Of a stretch of 64,000 nucleotides of DNA, positions 55,433 to 64,000 are shown one piece after another. Under the pieces are notes generated by a model. That model saw only the letters and a list, made by a program, of their open reading frames with translations, made no database searches and was not told the DNA's origin. Position 1 is the stretch's first letter; the number at the start of each line of letters is the position of its first letter. The translations under genes and the position numbers were made by a program. Source of the DNA: Algiphilus sp. (GTDB lineage: Bacteria > Pseudomonadota > Gammaproteobacteria > Nevskiales > Nevskiaceae); the NCBI RefSeq assembly GCF_965249985.1, contig NZ_OZ252280.1; one strand, given 5' to 3'.

Positions 55433-56575
55433 GTGCCCCTGTATCTGGACCACGCCGCCACCACGCCGCTGGCGGAGCCGGTGTGGGAGGCCATGCGCCC
55501 TTATCTCGAACCGGGCGGGGTGCACGCCAATCCGGCCTCGGACCACGAAGCAGGGGCCGAAGCCGCCCGCGCCGTGGATGCAGCGCGGGCGCAGGTGGCG
55601 GCTGCCATTGGTGCCCAGCCTGAAGAGATCGTCTTCACCTCGGGTGCCACCGAGGCGAACAATCTTGCGCTCAAGGGCTCCATCGCCTTCCTCGGTGGTG
55701 GGCATGTGGTAACCACGCGTACCGAGCACCGCGCCGTACTCGATGTGGCGCAGCACCTGGCGACACAGGGGAGCCCGGTCAGCTTCGTCGATCCTGAGCC
55801 GGACGGCACGGTGTCCGCGGACGCGGTGATCGCGGCCCTACGGCCTGATACCGCCCTGGTCTCGGTCATGTGGGTCAACAACGAGACCGGCGCCATCAAT
55901 CCGGTGGCCGCCATTGCCGCGGCCTGCGCGGAGCGCGGCATCCGTTTCCATTGCGACGCGGCACAGGCGCTGGGGCGCCTCGCCATCGATGTGCGCGAGA
56001 TGCCCGTTGCGCTGCTCAGCCTGTCCGCGCACAAATGCTACGGCCCCAAGGGCATCGGCGCGCTGTTCGTGCGCCGTCGGCCGCGCGCGCGAGTCGCCGC
56101 GCAGCTGCAGGGCGGCGGCCACGAGCAGGGCATGCGGTCGGGCACCTTGGCGACGCATCAGATTGTTGGTTTCGGTGTGGCAGCGAACGTGGCCGCAGCC
56201 CAGCAGGCGGCTGATGAGGCGCATGCGCGCACCCTTGCGACGCGGCTGCGCGCCGGCCTTGCGGCCTTGCCCGGCCTGCTGGTGAACGGAGACCCGGCGC
56301 GCTGCGTGCCGCATATCGTCAACGTGGCTTTCGACGGCCTGCACGGCGAGGCCCTGCGTGCCGCCACGGCCGAGTTGGCGGTGGCCTCCGGTTCCGCCTG
56401 TTCGGCCGCGCATGCCGAATCGAGCTACGTACTGCGCGCCCTCGGACGAACGGACCGTCAGGCTGCGGCGGCGCTGCGCATCAGCACCGGGCGCGGCACC
56501 CGGGCTGAGGACATCGATCGCGCGCTGGAGGTGATCCGCTCGGCCGTGATGCGCCTGCGGGCGATGGCGGCATGA
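55433..56575 (+). CDS. Cysteine desulfurase, NifS/IscS-like (copy 2)
   Basis: GTG start. 'YLDHAATTP', 'FTSGATEANNLALKG', 'SAHKCYGPKGIGAL', 'ASGSACSAAHAESSYVLRALG'. 380 aa. Confidence 0.9.
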   Translation: MPLYLDHAATTPLAEPVWEAMRPYLEPGGVHANPASDHEAGAEAARAVDAARAQVAAAIGAQPEEIVFTSGATEANNLALKGSIAFLGGGHVVTTRTEHRAVLDVAQHLATQGSPVSFVDPEPDGTVSADAVIAALRPDTALVSVMWVNNETGAINPVAAIAAACAERGIRFHCDAAQALGRLAIDVREMPVALLSLSAHKCYGPKGIGALFVRRRPRARVAAQLQGGGHEQGMRSGTLATHQIVGFGVAANVAAAQQAADEAHARTLATRLRAGLAALPGLLVNGDPARCVPHIVNVAFDGLHGEALRAATAELAVASGSACSAAHAESSYVLRALGRTDRQAAAALRISTGRGTRAEDIDRALEVIRSAVMRLRAMAA

Positions 56576-56955
56576 GCACAGCGCCCCCCATTTCGGCGGC
56601 GCGCTATTCGGCAGCGGTCTGGGCACGCTTCTGCCACCCCACCTTCGCTGGGGCGCCCAACGAGGCGGCCGTCACTGCCTGTGTCGAAGATGCCGCCCAC
56701 CATCTGCGCCTGTGTCTGCACTATGTTCATGGTGCCGTGCGCTTTACGGTCATCGGCTGCCCGACCACCATCGCGCTGGCCGATTTCTGCGCAGAACGCT
56801 TGTCGGAAGGTGTGGTCCCAGATGGGCAGGCAATGGTGGATGCGCTTGAAATCGACGCATCGCACCGCCATTGTGTGTTGCTGTGCGAAGACGCCATCAA
56901 CGCGGTTCTGGACATGGCGAGTCCGGCCGGCGCATTCATTCGATCCACGCCCTAG
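56572..56955 (+). CDS. Divergent IscU/NifU-N-like protein (scaffold-like; canonical 'ACGD' first-Cys motif not conserved)
   Basis: ATGA overlap with desulfurase 2. It aligns by eye to IscU at 'RFTVIGCPTTIAL' (IscU 'FKTYGCGSAIAS') and 'HCVLLCEDAINAVL' (IscU 'HCSILAEDAIKAAI'). The 'GAPACGDV' region reads 'TACVEDAAHH'. Confidence 0.55.
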   Translation: MSTAPPISAARYSAAVWARFCHPTFAGAPNEAAVTACVEDAAHHLRLCLHYVHGAVRFTVIGCPTTIALADFCAERLSEGVVPDGQAMVDALEIDASHRHCVLLCEDAINAVLDMASPAGAFIRSTP

Positions 56956-56967
56956 ATTGATTTCATC

Positions 56968-57315
56968 ATGAGCATTTCCCTCACCGAAGCTGCGGCGCAG
57001 CGCATCCAACGTCAGTTGACCGAACGGGGCAGCGGGCTCGGTCTGCGCCTCGGCGTGACCACTACCGGTTGCTCGGGTCACGCGTACAAGCTGGACTACG
57101 CCGATGCCGTGGAAGACGGCGATGTCACCTTCGAGGCGCATGGCGCCAAGGTCGTGGTCAGCAAGCGGGACCTGCCATTGCTCGACGGCCTGCGCGTCGA
57201 CTTCCGTCGCGAGGGCCTGAATGAAGTCTTCCGTTTCGACAATCCCAACGCGACCGCCCTCTGCGGTTGCGGCGAGAGCTTCCACTACGAGGGCGAGGCC
57301 GAGGCGGAATCCTGA
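56968..57315 (+). CDS. iscA: Iron-sulfur cluster insertion protein, HesB/IscA/ErpA family
   Basis: 'ISLTEAAAQRI', 'GCSGHAYKL', C-terminal 'CGCGESF'. Confidence 0.9.
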   Translation: MSISLTEAAAQRIQRQLTERGSGLGLRLGVTTTGCSGHAYKLDYADAVEDGDVTFEAHGAKVVVSKRDLPLLDGLRVDFRREGLNEVFRFDNPNATALCGCGESFHYEGEAEAES

Positions 57316-57470
57316 GGCAGTTCACCGCGGCGTCACCGAGCTGACGTAGGCTGCAAGGCGCTCGGCGCTCGTGCGCTGGTGGAGATCGCCCCGCACGGTT
57401 AAAATGGCGGGCTGGGCCGCGCACATCCCGTCGCGCAGCCTGTCCCTCATCTATCCCAGGAGTTCATTGC

Positions 57471-57902
57471 ATGGCGGTCGAACGCACGCTTTCCATCATC
57501 AAGCCCGACGCGGTGTCCAGCAACGTCATCGGCGCCATCTACAGCCGCTTCGAGAATGCCGGGCTGAAGGTCGTGGCCGCGCGCATGCTGCACCTCACGC
57601 GCGCCGAGGCGGAAGGCTTCTACGAAGTACACCGCGAACGGCCTTTCTTCAATGATCTGGTCAATTTCATGGTCAGCGGTCCGGTGATGGTGCAGGTGCT
57701 GGAGGGCGAAGACGCCGTCAAGCGCAATCGCGACATCATGGGCGCCACCAACCCCAAGGAAGCCGAGGCAGGCACGATCCGCGCCGATTTCGCCAGCTCC
57801 ATCGACGAGAATGCGGTGCACGGCTCGGACAGCGCCGACAATGCCGCGCGCGAGATCGCCTATTTCTTCCGCGCCACCGAAATCGCGCCGCGCACCCGCT
57901 AG
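57471..57902 (+). CDS. ndk: Nucleoside diphosphate kinase
   Basis: '[12 protein letters not shown]', '[10 protein letters not shown]', 'NAVHGSDS'. 143 aa. Confidence 0.97.
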   Translation: MAVERTLSIIKPDAVSSNVIGAIYSRFENAGLKVVAARMLHLTRAEAEGFYEVHRERPFFNDLVNFMVSGPVMVQVLEGEDAVKRNRDIMGATNPKEAEAGTIRADFASSIDENAVHGSDSADNAAREIAYFFRATEIAPRTR

Positions 57903-57908
57903 GCCATC

Positions 57909-59039
57909 GTGACCTCGGCACCACGCAATCTGTTTGGACACAATCGCGAAGGCTTGCGCGACGTGATGCGCGAGATGGGCGAAAAGCCCTTCCGCGCCGA
58001 TCAGATCATGCAGTGGATCTATCGTCATGGCGTCAGCGATTTTGGCGCCATGACGAATATCGCAAGGCCCTTCCGCGAGAAGCTAGCCGAGACCTGCACG
58101 GTGTCGGCTCCGGAAGTGCTGGAGCAGCAGGAATCCCGCGACGGCACCCGCAAGTGGGTGCTGCGCGTGGGTGACGATGCCCTCGGGCAGGCGGTGGAGA
58201 CCGTCTTCATCCCGGAAGGGCAACGCGGCGAAGCCCGCTATCGCGGCACGCTCTGCATCAGCAGCCAGGTCGGCTGCGCGATGGACTGCAGTTTCTGTTC
58301 CACCGGCAAGCAGGGGCTATCGCGCAATCTGACCGCGGCCGAAATCGTCGCGCAGCTCTGGTTTGCGGCCCACGCGCTTGGCGGCAATGGCGATCTGCAC
58401 AACCAGCGCGCCATCACCAATGTCGTCTTCATGGGCATGGGCGAGCCGCTGGCCAACTACAGCGCCGTGCTTACCGCGATCCGCGTCTTTCTCGACGACT
58501 TCGGATTCGGCCTGTCGAAGCGCCGCGTGACGGTGTCCACCTCGGGGCTGGTGCCGTTCATGGATCGCCTGCGCAGCGATTGCGACACGGCGCTGGCGGT
58601 GAGTCTGCACGCCGCCGACGATGCACTGCGCAACGAGCTGGTGCCGATCAATCGCAAGTACCCGCTCAAGGAGTTGATGGACGCCTGCCGGCGCTACACC
58701 CGCGACCGCGGCCACAAGATGCACATCGTCTACGAGTACGTGATGCTCGACGGCGTCAATGATTCCGACGCCAATGCGCGCGATCTCATCCGGCTGCTCG
58801 GCGATATGCCGGCCAAGGTGAACCTGATTCCCTTCAACCCCTTCCCCGGCACGAGCTACACCCGCTCGCCGGAAGCGCGTGTCGATCATTTCGCCAATCT
58901 GCTGCGCCGCCGTGGCCTCATCACCACCGTCCGGCGCACGCGCGGAGATGACATTGATGCCGCCTGCGGCCAGCTGGTGGGCCGGGTCAACAGCCGGCAG
59001 CGCAACCGCCTCGGTGGCGTGCCTGTCGTGAGCGCATGA
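57909..59039 (+). CDS. rlmN: 23S rRNA/tRNA (adenine-C2)-methyltransferase RlmN (radical SAM)
   Basis: GTG start. 'FRADQIMQWIY', 'CISSQVGCAMDCSFCSTG', 'NLIPFNPFPG', 'GDDIDAACGQL'. Confidence 0.95.
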   Translation: MTSAPRNLFGHNREGLRDVMREMGEKPFRADQIMQWIYRHGVSDFGAMTNIARPFREKLAETCTVSAPEVLEQQESRDGTRKWVLRVGDDALGQAVETVFIPEGQRGEARYRGTLCISSQVGCAMDCSFCSTGKQGLSRNLTAAEIVAQLWFAAHALGGNGDLHNQRAITNVVFMGMGEPLANYSAVLTAIRVFLDDFGFGLSKRRVTVSTSGLVPFMDRLRSDCDTALAVSLHAADDALRNELVPINRKYPLKELMDACRRYTRDRGHKMHIVYEYVMLDGVNDSDANARDLIRLLGDMPAKVNLIPFNPFPGTSYTRSPEARVDHFANLLRRRGLITTVRRTRGDDIDAACGQLVGRVNSRQRNRLGGVPVVSA

Positions 59040-59827
59040 GGGCCAAGCCCGCCGCCTCCATCGTGACCGCGGTTCGTATCACCGCACTGCTGGCGGCTGT
59101 TCTACTGTCGGCCTGCGTGAGCACCGGTGGCCAGCCGGCCATGGATCACCGCGAAGCCGCGCGCGCCAACACCGAGCTGGGCGCGGGCTATATCCGCCGG
59201 GGGCTTGACGAGGCGGCACGCGACAAGCTGGAACGCGCCCTGGAGCAGGATCCGCGCTACGCTCCGGCGCACGCAACCTACGCCCTGCTGATGGCGCGTA
59301 TGGGCGAAGACGCTTCAGCCGACAGCCACTTTCGGGATGCGCTCAAGCTGGCGCCGGAGGACCCGGATATCCGTAACAACTACGGTGCCTTTCTGTGCGC
59401 GCGCGGCCGGGTGGACGCCGCCGTGGAGCAGTTCCAGCGCGCCGCCGAAGTGCCGGGTTACGTCGGTCGCGTCACGGCGCTGAACAATGCTGGTCTCTGT
59501 CTGCGCGACCGCGCGCCACAGCAGGCGGAAACCTTTCTGCGGCGCGCCTTGTCGCTAAACGCGCAAAATCCCACCACGCTGGAACAGCTGGCTTGGGTGC
59601 GTTATCGGCAGGGGGAGTACCTTAGCGCGCGCGCCTTCCTGGAGCGCTACCAGCGGGTCGAAGATCCTTCTGCCGAGGCGCTCTGGCTCGCCGCGCAGGT
59701 CGAAGAGGCCTTGGGCGCAAGCGATGCTGCGGCGCGGTATCGCCAGCAGCTTGCGGCACAATATCCGGACTTCGATCCGCGGCGGCTGGAGGCCGTGCGG
59801 GCGCAGCCAAACGACAGCAGGCCATGA
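59036..59827 (+). CDS. pilW: Type IV pilus biogenesis/stability TPR lipoprotein PilW (PilF in Pseudomonas nomenclature)
   Basis: ATGA overlap with rlmN. Lipobox 'LLSAC'. TPR repeats ('ELGAGYIRRGLDEAARDKLERALEQDPRYAPAH...'). It lies in the conserved position between rlmN and rodZ. Confidence 0.82.
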   Translation: MRAKPAASIVTAVRITALLAAVLLSACVSTGGQPAMDHREAARANTELGAGYIRRGLDEAARDKLERALEQDPRYAPAHATYALLMARMGEDASADSHFRDALKLAPEDPDIRNNYGAFLCARGRVDAAVEQFQRAAEVPGYVGRVTALNNAGLCLRDRAPQQAETFLRRALSLNAQNPTTLEQLAWVRYRQGEYLSARAFLERYQRVEDPSAEALWLAAQVEEALGASDAAARYRQQLAAQYPDFDPRRLEAVRAQPNDSRP

Positions 59828-60750
59828 ACGACACCGACCGCGACACCCCTCGACCCAATGCGGTGGATGCTGGCAGCGACGCCACTACGCCACCGCCAGC
59901 AGGCCCGGTAGCCTCCCCCGGCGAGATGCTGCGTGAAGCCCGTGAAGCGCGCGGACGCTCGACCCAGGATCTGGCGGAGTCGGCCAAGTTGTCCCAGGCG
60001 ACCATCGTGGCGCTGGAGGCGGATGACTTCGAGCTGCTCAAAGAGCCGGTCTATGTGCGTGGCTACTATCGCAAGTGCGCGCTCATGCTGGAAGCCGACG
60101 TGGACGCCATCGTGGCCGCCTATGAGCGCAAGGCGCGCCCTGCCGCTCCGGCCTTGCCCGACAAGATTCCAGTGGTTGCCGGAGGCGGCGCGCCGCTCGG
60201 TCGCAAGCTGTTGCGGTTGTTGCTGATTCTCTTGCTGCTTGCGGGCATCGGGGCGGTGGTCATGTGGCTGCTGCAGACCCCCCTTGACGAACCGCTGAGC
60301 CAGCCGAGCAGCAGCCAGCTTTTCCGCCCGGGCGCGGACGCCGAGCCCCGTACACCGGCCCCCGCGGATCGTGCGGCGCCGCAGGCTGCGACCACCCAAG
60401 AGCGCGAGACGGAGGCGGCGACGGATCCCGATGCGCCCGAGGATGCCGCACCCATACCCTCTGAGACCGAGACGGCGGCGCCCACGAGTGATACCGAAGC
60501 CGCGCAGACCGCAGTGCTGACGCTGCGCTTCGAAGAGGATTCCTGGCTGCGCATTCGCAACGGCGAGGGCCGCACCGTGACCAATCGTCTCGCCGAAGCC
60601 GGTGAGCGCGCCCGCATTGCGGATGAACCGCCTCCGCTGGAACTCTTCGTGGGCTACGCGCCCGGCACCGAAGCGCGCTGGCGTGGGGAGGCGGTGAATT
60701 TCGCCAGCGCAACGCGATCCAACAATACCGCCTTAGTGACACTCGAATAG
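59824..60750 (+). CDS. rodZ: Cytoskeleton protein RodZ (HTH + TM + DUF4115-type C-domain)
   Basis: ATGA overlap with pilW. '[37 protein letters not shown]', '[11 protein letters not shown]', a TM helix, an acidic/Pro-rich linker, and C-terminal '[10 protein letters not shown]...'. Confidence 0.85.
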   Translation: MNDTDRDTPRPNAVDAGSDATTPPPAGPVASPGEMLREAREARGRSTQDLAESAKLSQATIVALEADDFELLKEPVYVRGYYRKCALMLEADVDAIVAAYERKARPAAPALPDKIPVVAGGGAPLGRKLLRLLLILLLLAGIGAVVMWLLQTPLDEPLSQPSSSQLFRPGADAEPRTPAPADRAAPQAATTQERETEAATDPDAPEDAAPIPSETETAAPTSDTEAAQTAVLTLRFEEDSWLRIRNGEGRTVTNRLAEAGERARIADEPPPLELFVGYAPGTEARWRGEAVNFASATRSNNTALVTLE

Positions 60751-60820
60751 CCCAATCGCGATCGCCCCTGGGCGGCTGGAGCGCCCGGCCGTCGGCAGGG
60801 CCATCGCTGCGAGGTTTTCC

Positions 60821-61951
60821 ATGCGTTCCCTCCACCAGATCCAACGACGCAAGAGCCGCCAGATCCGCGTCGGTCGCGTGAGCGTGGGCGGCGACGCCCC
60901 GGTGTCGGTGCAGACCATGACCAGCACCGACACCGAGGATGTCGATGCCACCGTGGCGCAGATCCGCGACTGCATGAAGGCGGGTGCGGATATTGTTCGC
61001 GTCTCGGTGCCGACGCTGGCCGCCGCCAAGGCCTTCCGCGAGATCAAGAAGCAGGTCGGCTACACCCCGCTGGTCGCCGATATCCACTTCAACTACAAGT
61101 GCGGCATCGCCGCCGCCGAGGCCGGCGCGGACTGTCTGCGCATCAACCCCGGCAACATCGGCGGTGAGAAGAAGATCGCTGAAGTGGTCAGTTGCGCGCG
61201 CGCGCACCGCATCCCCATTCGGGTGGGCGTCAATGCCGGTTCGCTGGAGCGCGATCTGCAGGAGAAGTACGGCGAGCCCAATTCGGATGCGCTGGTGGAA
61301 TCCGCCATGCGCCATATCGACATCCTGGACCGCTTCGATTTCCCGGACTTCAAGATCAGCCTGAAGGCCTCCGATGTCTTCATGACGGTGGAGGCCTATC
61401 GCAAGCTGGCCGCGCGCATCGAGCAGCCGTTGCATCTGGGCATCACCGAGGCGGGTGGCCTGCGCGCCGGCAGCGTCAAGTCGGCTATCGGCCTTGGCAT
61501 GCTGCTGGCGGACGGCATCGGCGACACGCTGCGCGTATCGCTCGCCGCGGACCCGGTGGAAGAGGTCAAGGTCGGTTGGGACATTCTCAAGGCGCTGCAT
61601 CTGCGCACGCGCGGCATCAACCTGATTGCCTGTCCCAGCTGCTCGCGTCAGAACTTCAATGTCATCAAGACGGTGGCGGAACTGGAGAAGCGCTTCGAGG
61701 ACATCGACGAGGCGATGGACGTCGCCGTCATCGGCTGCGTCGTCAACGGCCCCGGTGAGGCGCGCGAAGCGACGCTGGGGGTTGCTGGCGGTTACCCCAA
61801 CTCGGTCTACGTGGACGGGGAAATCAAGCACAAGTCGCACAACGCGGAGCTGGTGGACACGCTGGAAGGACTGGTGCGCGCGCGCCTCAAGAACAAGCAG
61901 CCCGCAGCGGATGCACAGGACGGCGAAGATGCCGACGGGCAGGGCGCATGA
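60821..61951 (+). CDS. ispG: 4-hydroxy-3-methylbut-2-en-1-yl diphosphate synthase
   Basis: '[26 protein letters not shown]', 'RINPGNIG', 'CPSCSRQ', '[10 protein letters not shown]'. Confidence 0.96.
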   Translation: MRSLHQIQRRKSRQIRVGRVSVGGDAPVSVQTMTSTDTEDVDATVAQIRDCMKAGADIVRVSVPTLAAAKAFREIKKQVGYTPLVADIHFNYKCGIAAAEAGADCLRINPGNIGGEKKIAEVVSCARAHRIPIRVGVNAGSLERDLQEKYGEPNSDALVESAMRHIDILDRFDFPDFKISLKASDVFMTVEAYRKLAARIEQPLHLGITEAGGLRAGSVKSAIGLGMLLADGIGDTLRVSLAADPVEEVKVGWDILKALHLRTRGINLIACPSCSRQNFNVIKTVAELEKRFEDIDEAMDVAVIGCVVNGPGEAREATLGVAGGYPNSVYVDGEIKHKSHNAELVDTLEGLVRARLKNKQPAADAQDGEDADGQGA

Positions 61952-63225
61952 AGCTGCAATCGCTGCGCGGCTTCCGCGACATTCTTCCCGCAGAGGCGGC
62001 GCGCTGGCGTCGAATCGAGGAGGCGGCACGGGCAGTGACCGATGCCTTCGGCTATGCCGAAATCCATCTCCCGATTCTGGAAGCGACCGAACTGTTCAAG
62101 CGCTCGGTGGGCGAGGCCACCGATATCGTCGAGAAGGAGATGTTCTCCTTTCTGGACCGCGACAAGACCGCCATGAGCCTGCGCCCGGAAGGCACCGCCA
62201 GCTGCGTCCGGGCAGGTATCGAGAACGGACTGCTGCACAACCAGCAGCAGCGTTTCTGGTACGCCGGGCCGATGTTCCGGCACGAGCGTCCGCAGGCGGG
62301 GCGGTACCGTCAGTTCCATCAGATCGGTGTGGAAGCCTTCGGCATGGCGGGGCCTGCCTGCGACATCGAGGTCATCGCGCTGTCGGCGGCGCTGTGGTCG
62401 GCGCTTGGGCTCGAAGGGCTGACGCTGGAGCTGAATTCGCTGGGCAGCCCGGAATGCCGCGCCGGATACCGCACCGAGTTGCAGGCCTATCTGCGCAAGC
62501 ATTTCGATGCGCTGGATCCGGACGCCCAGGCGCGGGTGGAAAGCAATCCCTTACGCGTGCTGGACAGCAAGCACCCCGAGACGCGTGCGGTGGTGGCCGA
62601 TGCGCCCTCAATGAACGCGGCGCTGGATGACGACTCGCGCGCGCACTTCGCCGCCGTATGCGAAGGTTTGGACGCCCTCGGCATCCGCTGGGTACACAAC
62701 ACCAACCTGGTGCGCGGTCTCGACTACTACACCCATACCGTCTTCGAGTGGACGACGGACCAGTTGGGTGCGCAGGGTACGGTGTGCGCCGGCGGGCGTT
62801 TCGACGGTCTGGTCGCCCAGCTCGGCGGCGGGGAGGTCCCCGCGGTGGGCTTTGCGCTGGGCATCGAGCGGTTGGCGCTACTGCTCGGCGACGCGCAGGA
62901 TCTTGGCGACCATGGCCCGCAGGTCTATGTGTGCTGGACCGGCAGCGAATGCATGACCGCGGCGCAGCGCGTCGGTGCAGCGCTGCGCAGCCGGCGCGTC
63001 CGAACGGTGGTCAATGCCGGTGACGGCGGCTTCAAGGCCCAGTTCAAGCGCGCCGATCGCAGCGGCGCGCAATGGGCTGTTATTGTCGGACCGGATGAAC
63101 TCGCCGCGGGACGCGTTCAGATAAAATCCCTGCGCGATCGCGACGCACAGCAGCAGACATTCCCCATCGACGAAGCTCCCGAGTACCTGATGCAGCAACT
63201 GGGTATCGGTGGCTTGTCGCAATAG
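61948..63225 (+). CDS. hisS: Histidine--tRNA ligase
   Basis: ATGA overlap with ispG. 'LRGFRDILP', '[21 protein letters not shown]', '[14 protein letters not shown]', 'GGRFDGL'. Confidence 0.96.
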   Translation: MKLQSLRGFRDILPAEAARWRRIEEAARAVTDAFGYAEIHLPILEATELFKRSVGEATDIVEKEMFSFLDRDKTAMSLRPEGTASCVRAGIENGLLHNQQQRFWYAGPMFRHERPQAGRYRQFHQIGVEAFGMAGPACDIEVIALSAALWSALGLEGLTLELNSLGSPECRAGYRTELQAYLRKHFDALDPDAQARVESNPLRVLDSKHPETRAVVADAPSMNAALDDDSRAHFAAVCEGLDALGIRWVHNTNLVRGLDYYTHTVFEWTTDQLGAQGTVCAGGRFDGLVAQLGGGEVPAVGFALGIERLALLLGDAQDLGDHGPQVYVCWTGSECMTAAQRVGAALRSRRVRTVVNAGDGGFKAQFKRADRSGAQWAVIVGPDELAAGRVQIKSLRDRDAQQQTFPIDEAPEYLMQQLGIGGLSQ

Positions 63226-63239
63226 ATGGAGCGCCACAC

Positions 63240-63875
63240 GTGGCCTACGACGAAGACGAACAACAAGCACGCTTCCAGCAATGGTGGCAGGAAAACTGGA
63301 AGGCGCTGGCGGCCGGGTTGGTCATTGGCATCGGTGGCATTTTCGGTTGGAACGCCTGGCAGTCGCACCAGGAACAGCAGGCAGAAGTGGCCAGCACCCT
63401 GTTCAGCGAAATGAGCGCGGCCGTCGATGCCGGTCAGTTGCAAAAGGCCACCGAACTGCATCAGGGCCTGATCGACGCCCACGGCGGCTCGCCCTACGCC
63501 GTGGCGGCCTCCATGCGGCTGGCGGCTGCGCGGGCCAGCGGTGGAGAATTCGAGGCTGCGGCTGCACTGTTGCGCTGGAGCAAGGAGCATGCCGACGATA
63601 GCGCGCTGAGTCAGCTCGCACAGCTGCGTCTGGCGCGGGTGTTGTGGGCGCAAGGCGACGCCGAGGCGGCCCTCGAGCTGCTGGATCAGGAGCTTGGTCC
63701 CTACACTTCGGCCGCGGCGGAGTTGCGCGGTGACATTCTGGTGGCCCAAGACAAGCGCGCCGAAGCACGCAGCGCTTACGCGCAGGCATTGGCGAGCGCG
63801 CCGCGCGAAGCGCGCGAGCTGCTACAGCAGAAGCTCGATGATCTGGCCGACGCGGCCGAGGCCCAGGACGCATGA
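63240..63875 (+). CDS. YfgM-like TPR-type membrane-anchored protein (ancillary SecYEG-associated protein family)
   Basis: GTG start. 'EQQARFQQWWQENWKALAAGLVIGIGGIFGWNAW', then a TPR-like helical region. It lies in the conserved position between hisS and bamB. Confidence 0.8.
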   Translation: MAYDEDEQQARFQQWWQENWKALAAGLVIGIGGIFGWNAWQSHQEQQAEVASTLFSEMSAAVDAGQLQKATELHQGLIDAHGGSPYAVAASMRLAAARASGGEFEAAAALLRWSKEHADDSALSQLAQLRLARVLWAQGDAEAALELLDQELGPYTSAAAELRGDILVAQDKRAEARSAYAQALASAPREARELLQQKLDDLADAAEAQDA

Positions 63876-64000
63876 TGTCAGCCCCCTTGGCGTCAACCTC
63901 GCGCTACCACCTCCCGCTGGCGATGCTGGCCAGCGCTCTGGTGCTCTCAGCCTGCGGCGGCACTTCGGTACGCCAGCCGGCGGTGCTGGAACGTATTGAA
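63872..64000 (+). CDS. bamB: Outer membrane protein assembly factor BamB, N-terminal 43 codons (3' end outside window)
   Basis: Hand translation: 'MMSAPLASTSRYHLPLAMLASALVLSACGGTSVRQPAVLERIE'. ATGA overlap with the yfgM-like stop. Lipobox 'VLSAC'. The call rests mainly on synteny (hisS-yfgM-bamB-der). Confidence 0.6.
   Translation, partial: MMSAPLASTSRYHLPLAMLASALVLSACGGTSVRQPAVLERIE

Overview
This is a visibly GC-rich, tightly packed chromosomal core segment of gammaproteobacterial type. No composition statistics were computed. All product calls come from reading the supplied translations and recognising family motifs; no database search was run. I call about 60 protein genes, one tRNA-Val(CAC), three sub-60-aa genes missing from the ORF track (ccoQ, ccoS, pqqA), several intrinsic terminators and a few regulatory palindromes.

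The backbone follows a gene order I know from Pseudomonas-like genomes:
- secA-argJ-mutT(Nudix/TenI)
- ccoNOQP-ccoG-(fixH)-ccoI-ccoS-TauE/DsbD_2-like-hemN
- tgt ... yajC-secD-secF ... suhB / trmJ-cysE-(isc genes)-ndk-rlmN-pilW-rodZ-ispG-hisS-yfgM-bamB

Lineage-specific blocks are inserted into this backbone:
- a porin/YcaD-like MFS/GgpPS-like (glucosylglycerol-phosphate synthase-phosphatase) operon, with an SSS symporter and a glutathione peroxidase, lies between tgt and yajC
- a split-permease pair, an S9 peptidase and pqqABCDE lie between secF and suhB

I found no mobile elements, integrases, CRISPR arrays, rRNA genes or recognisable defence or toxin systems. I cannot point to a clear-cut novel multi-gene system. 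The observations most worth a second look are:
1. An OmpA-linked, highly acidic two-repeat lipoprotein whose signal peptide and body sit in different reading frames.
2. A secF-coupled pair of half-size permease paralogs plus an S9 peptidase, abutting the pqq operon.
3. A remodelled ISC-like cluster: two tandem cysteine desulfurases, an IscU-like protein without the canonical CGD motif, and no iscR, hscBA or fdx.
4. A compact cbb3 array with an extra 86-aa membrane ORF and a 60-aa mini FixH.
5. An uncharacterised secreted 388-aa protein next to the tRNA.

The many long antisense ORFs in the track are treated as GC-driven artefacts.
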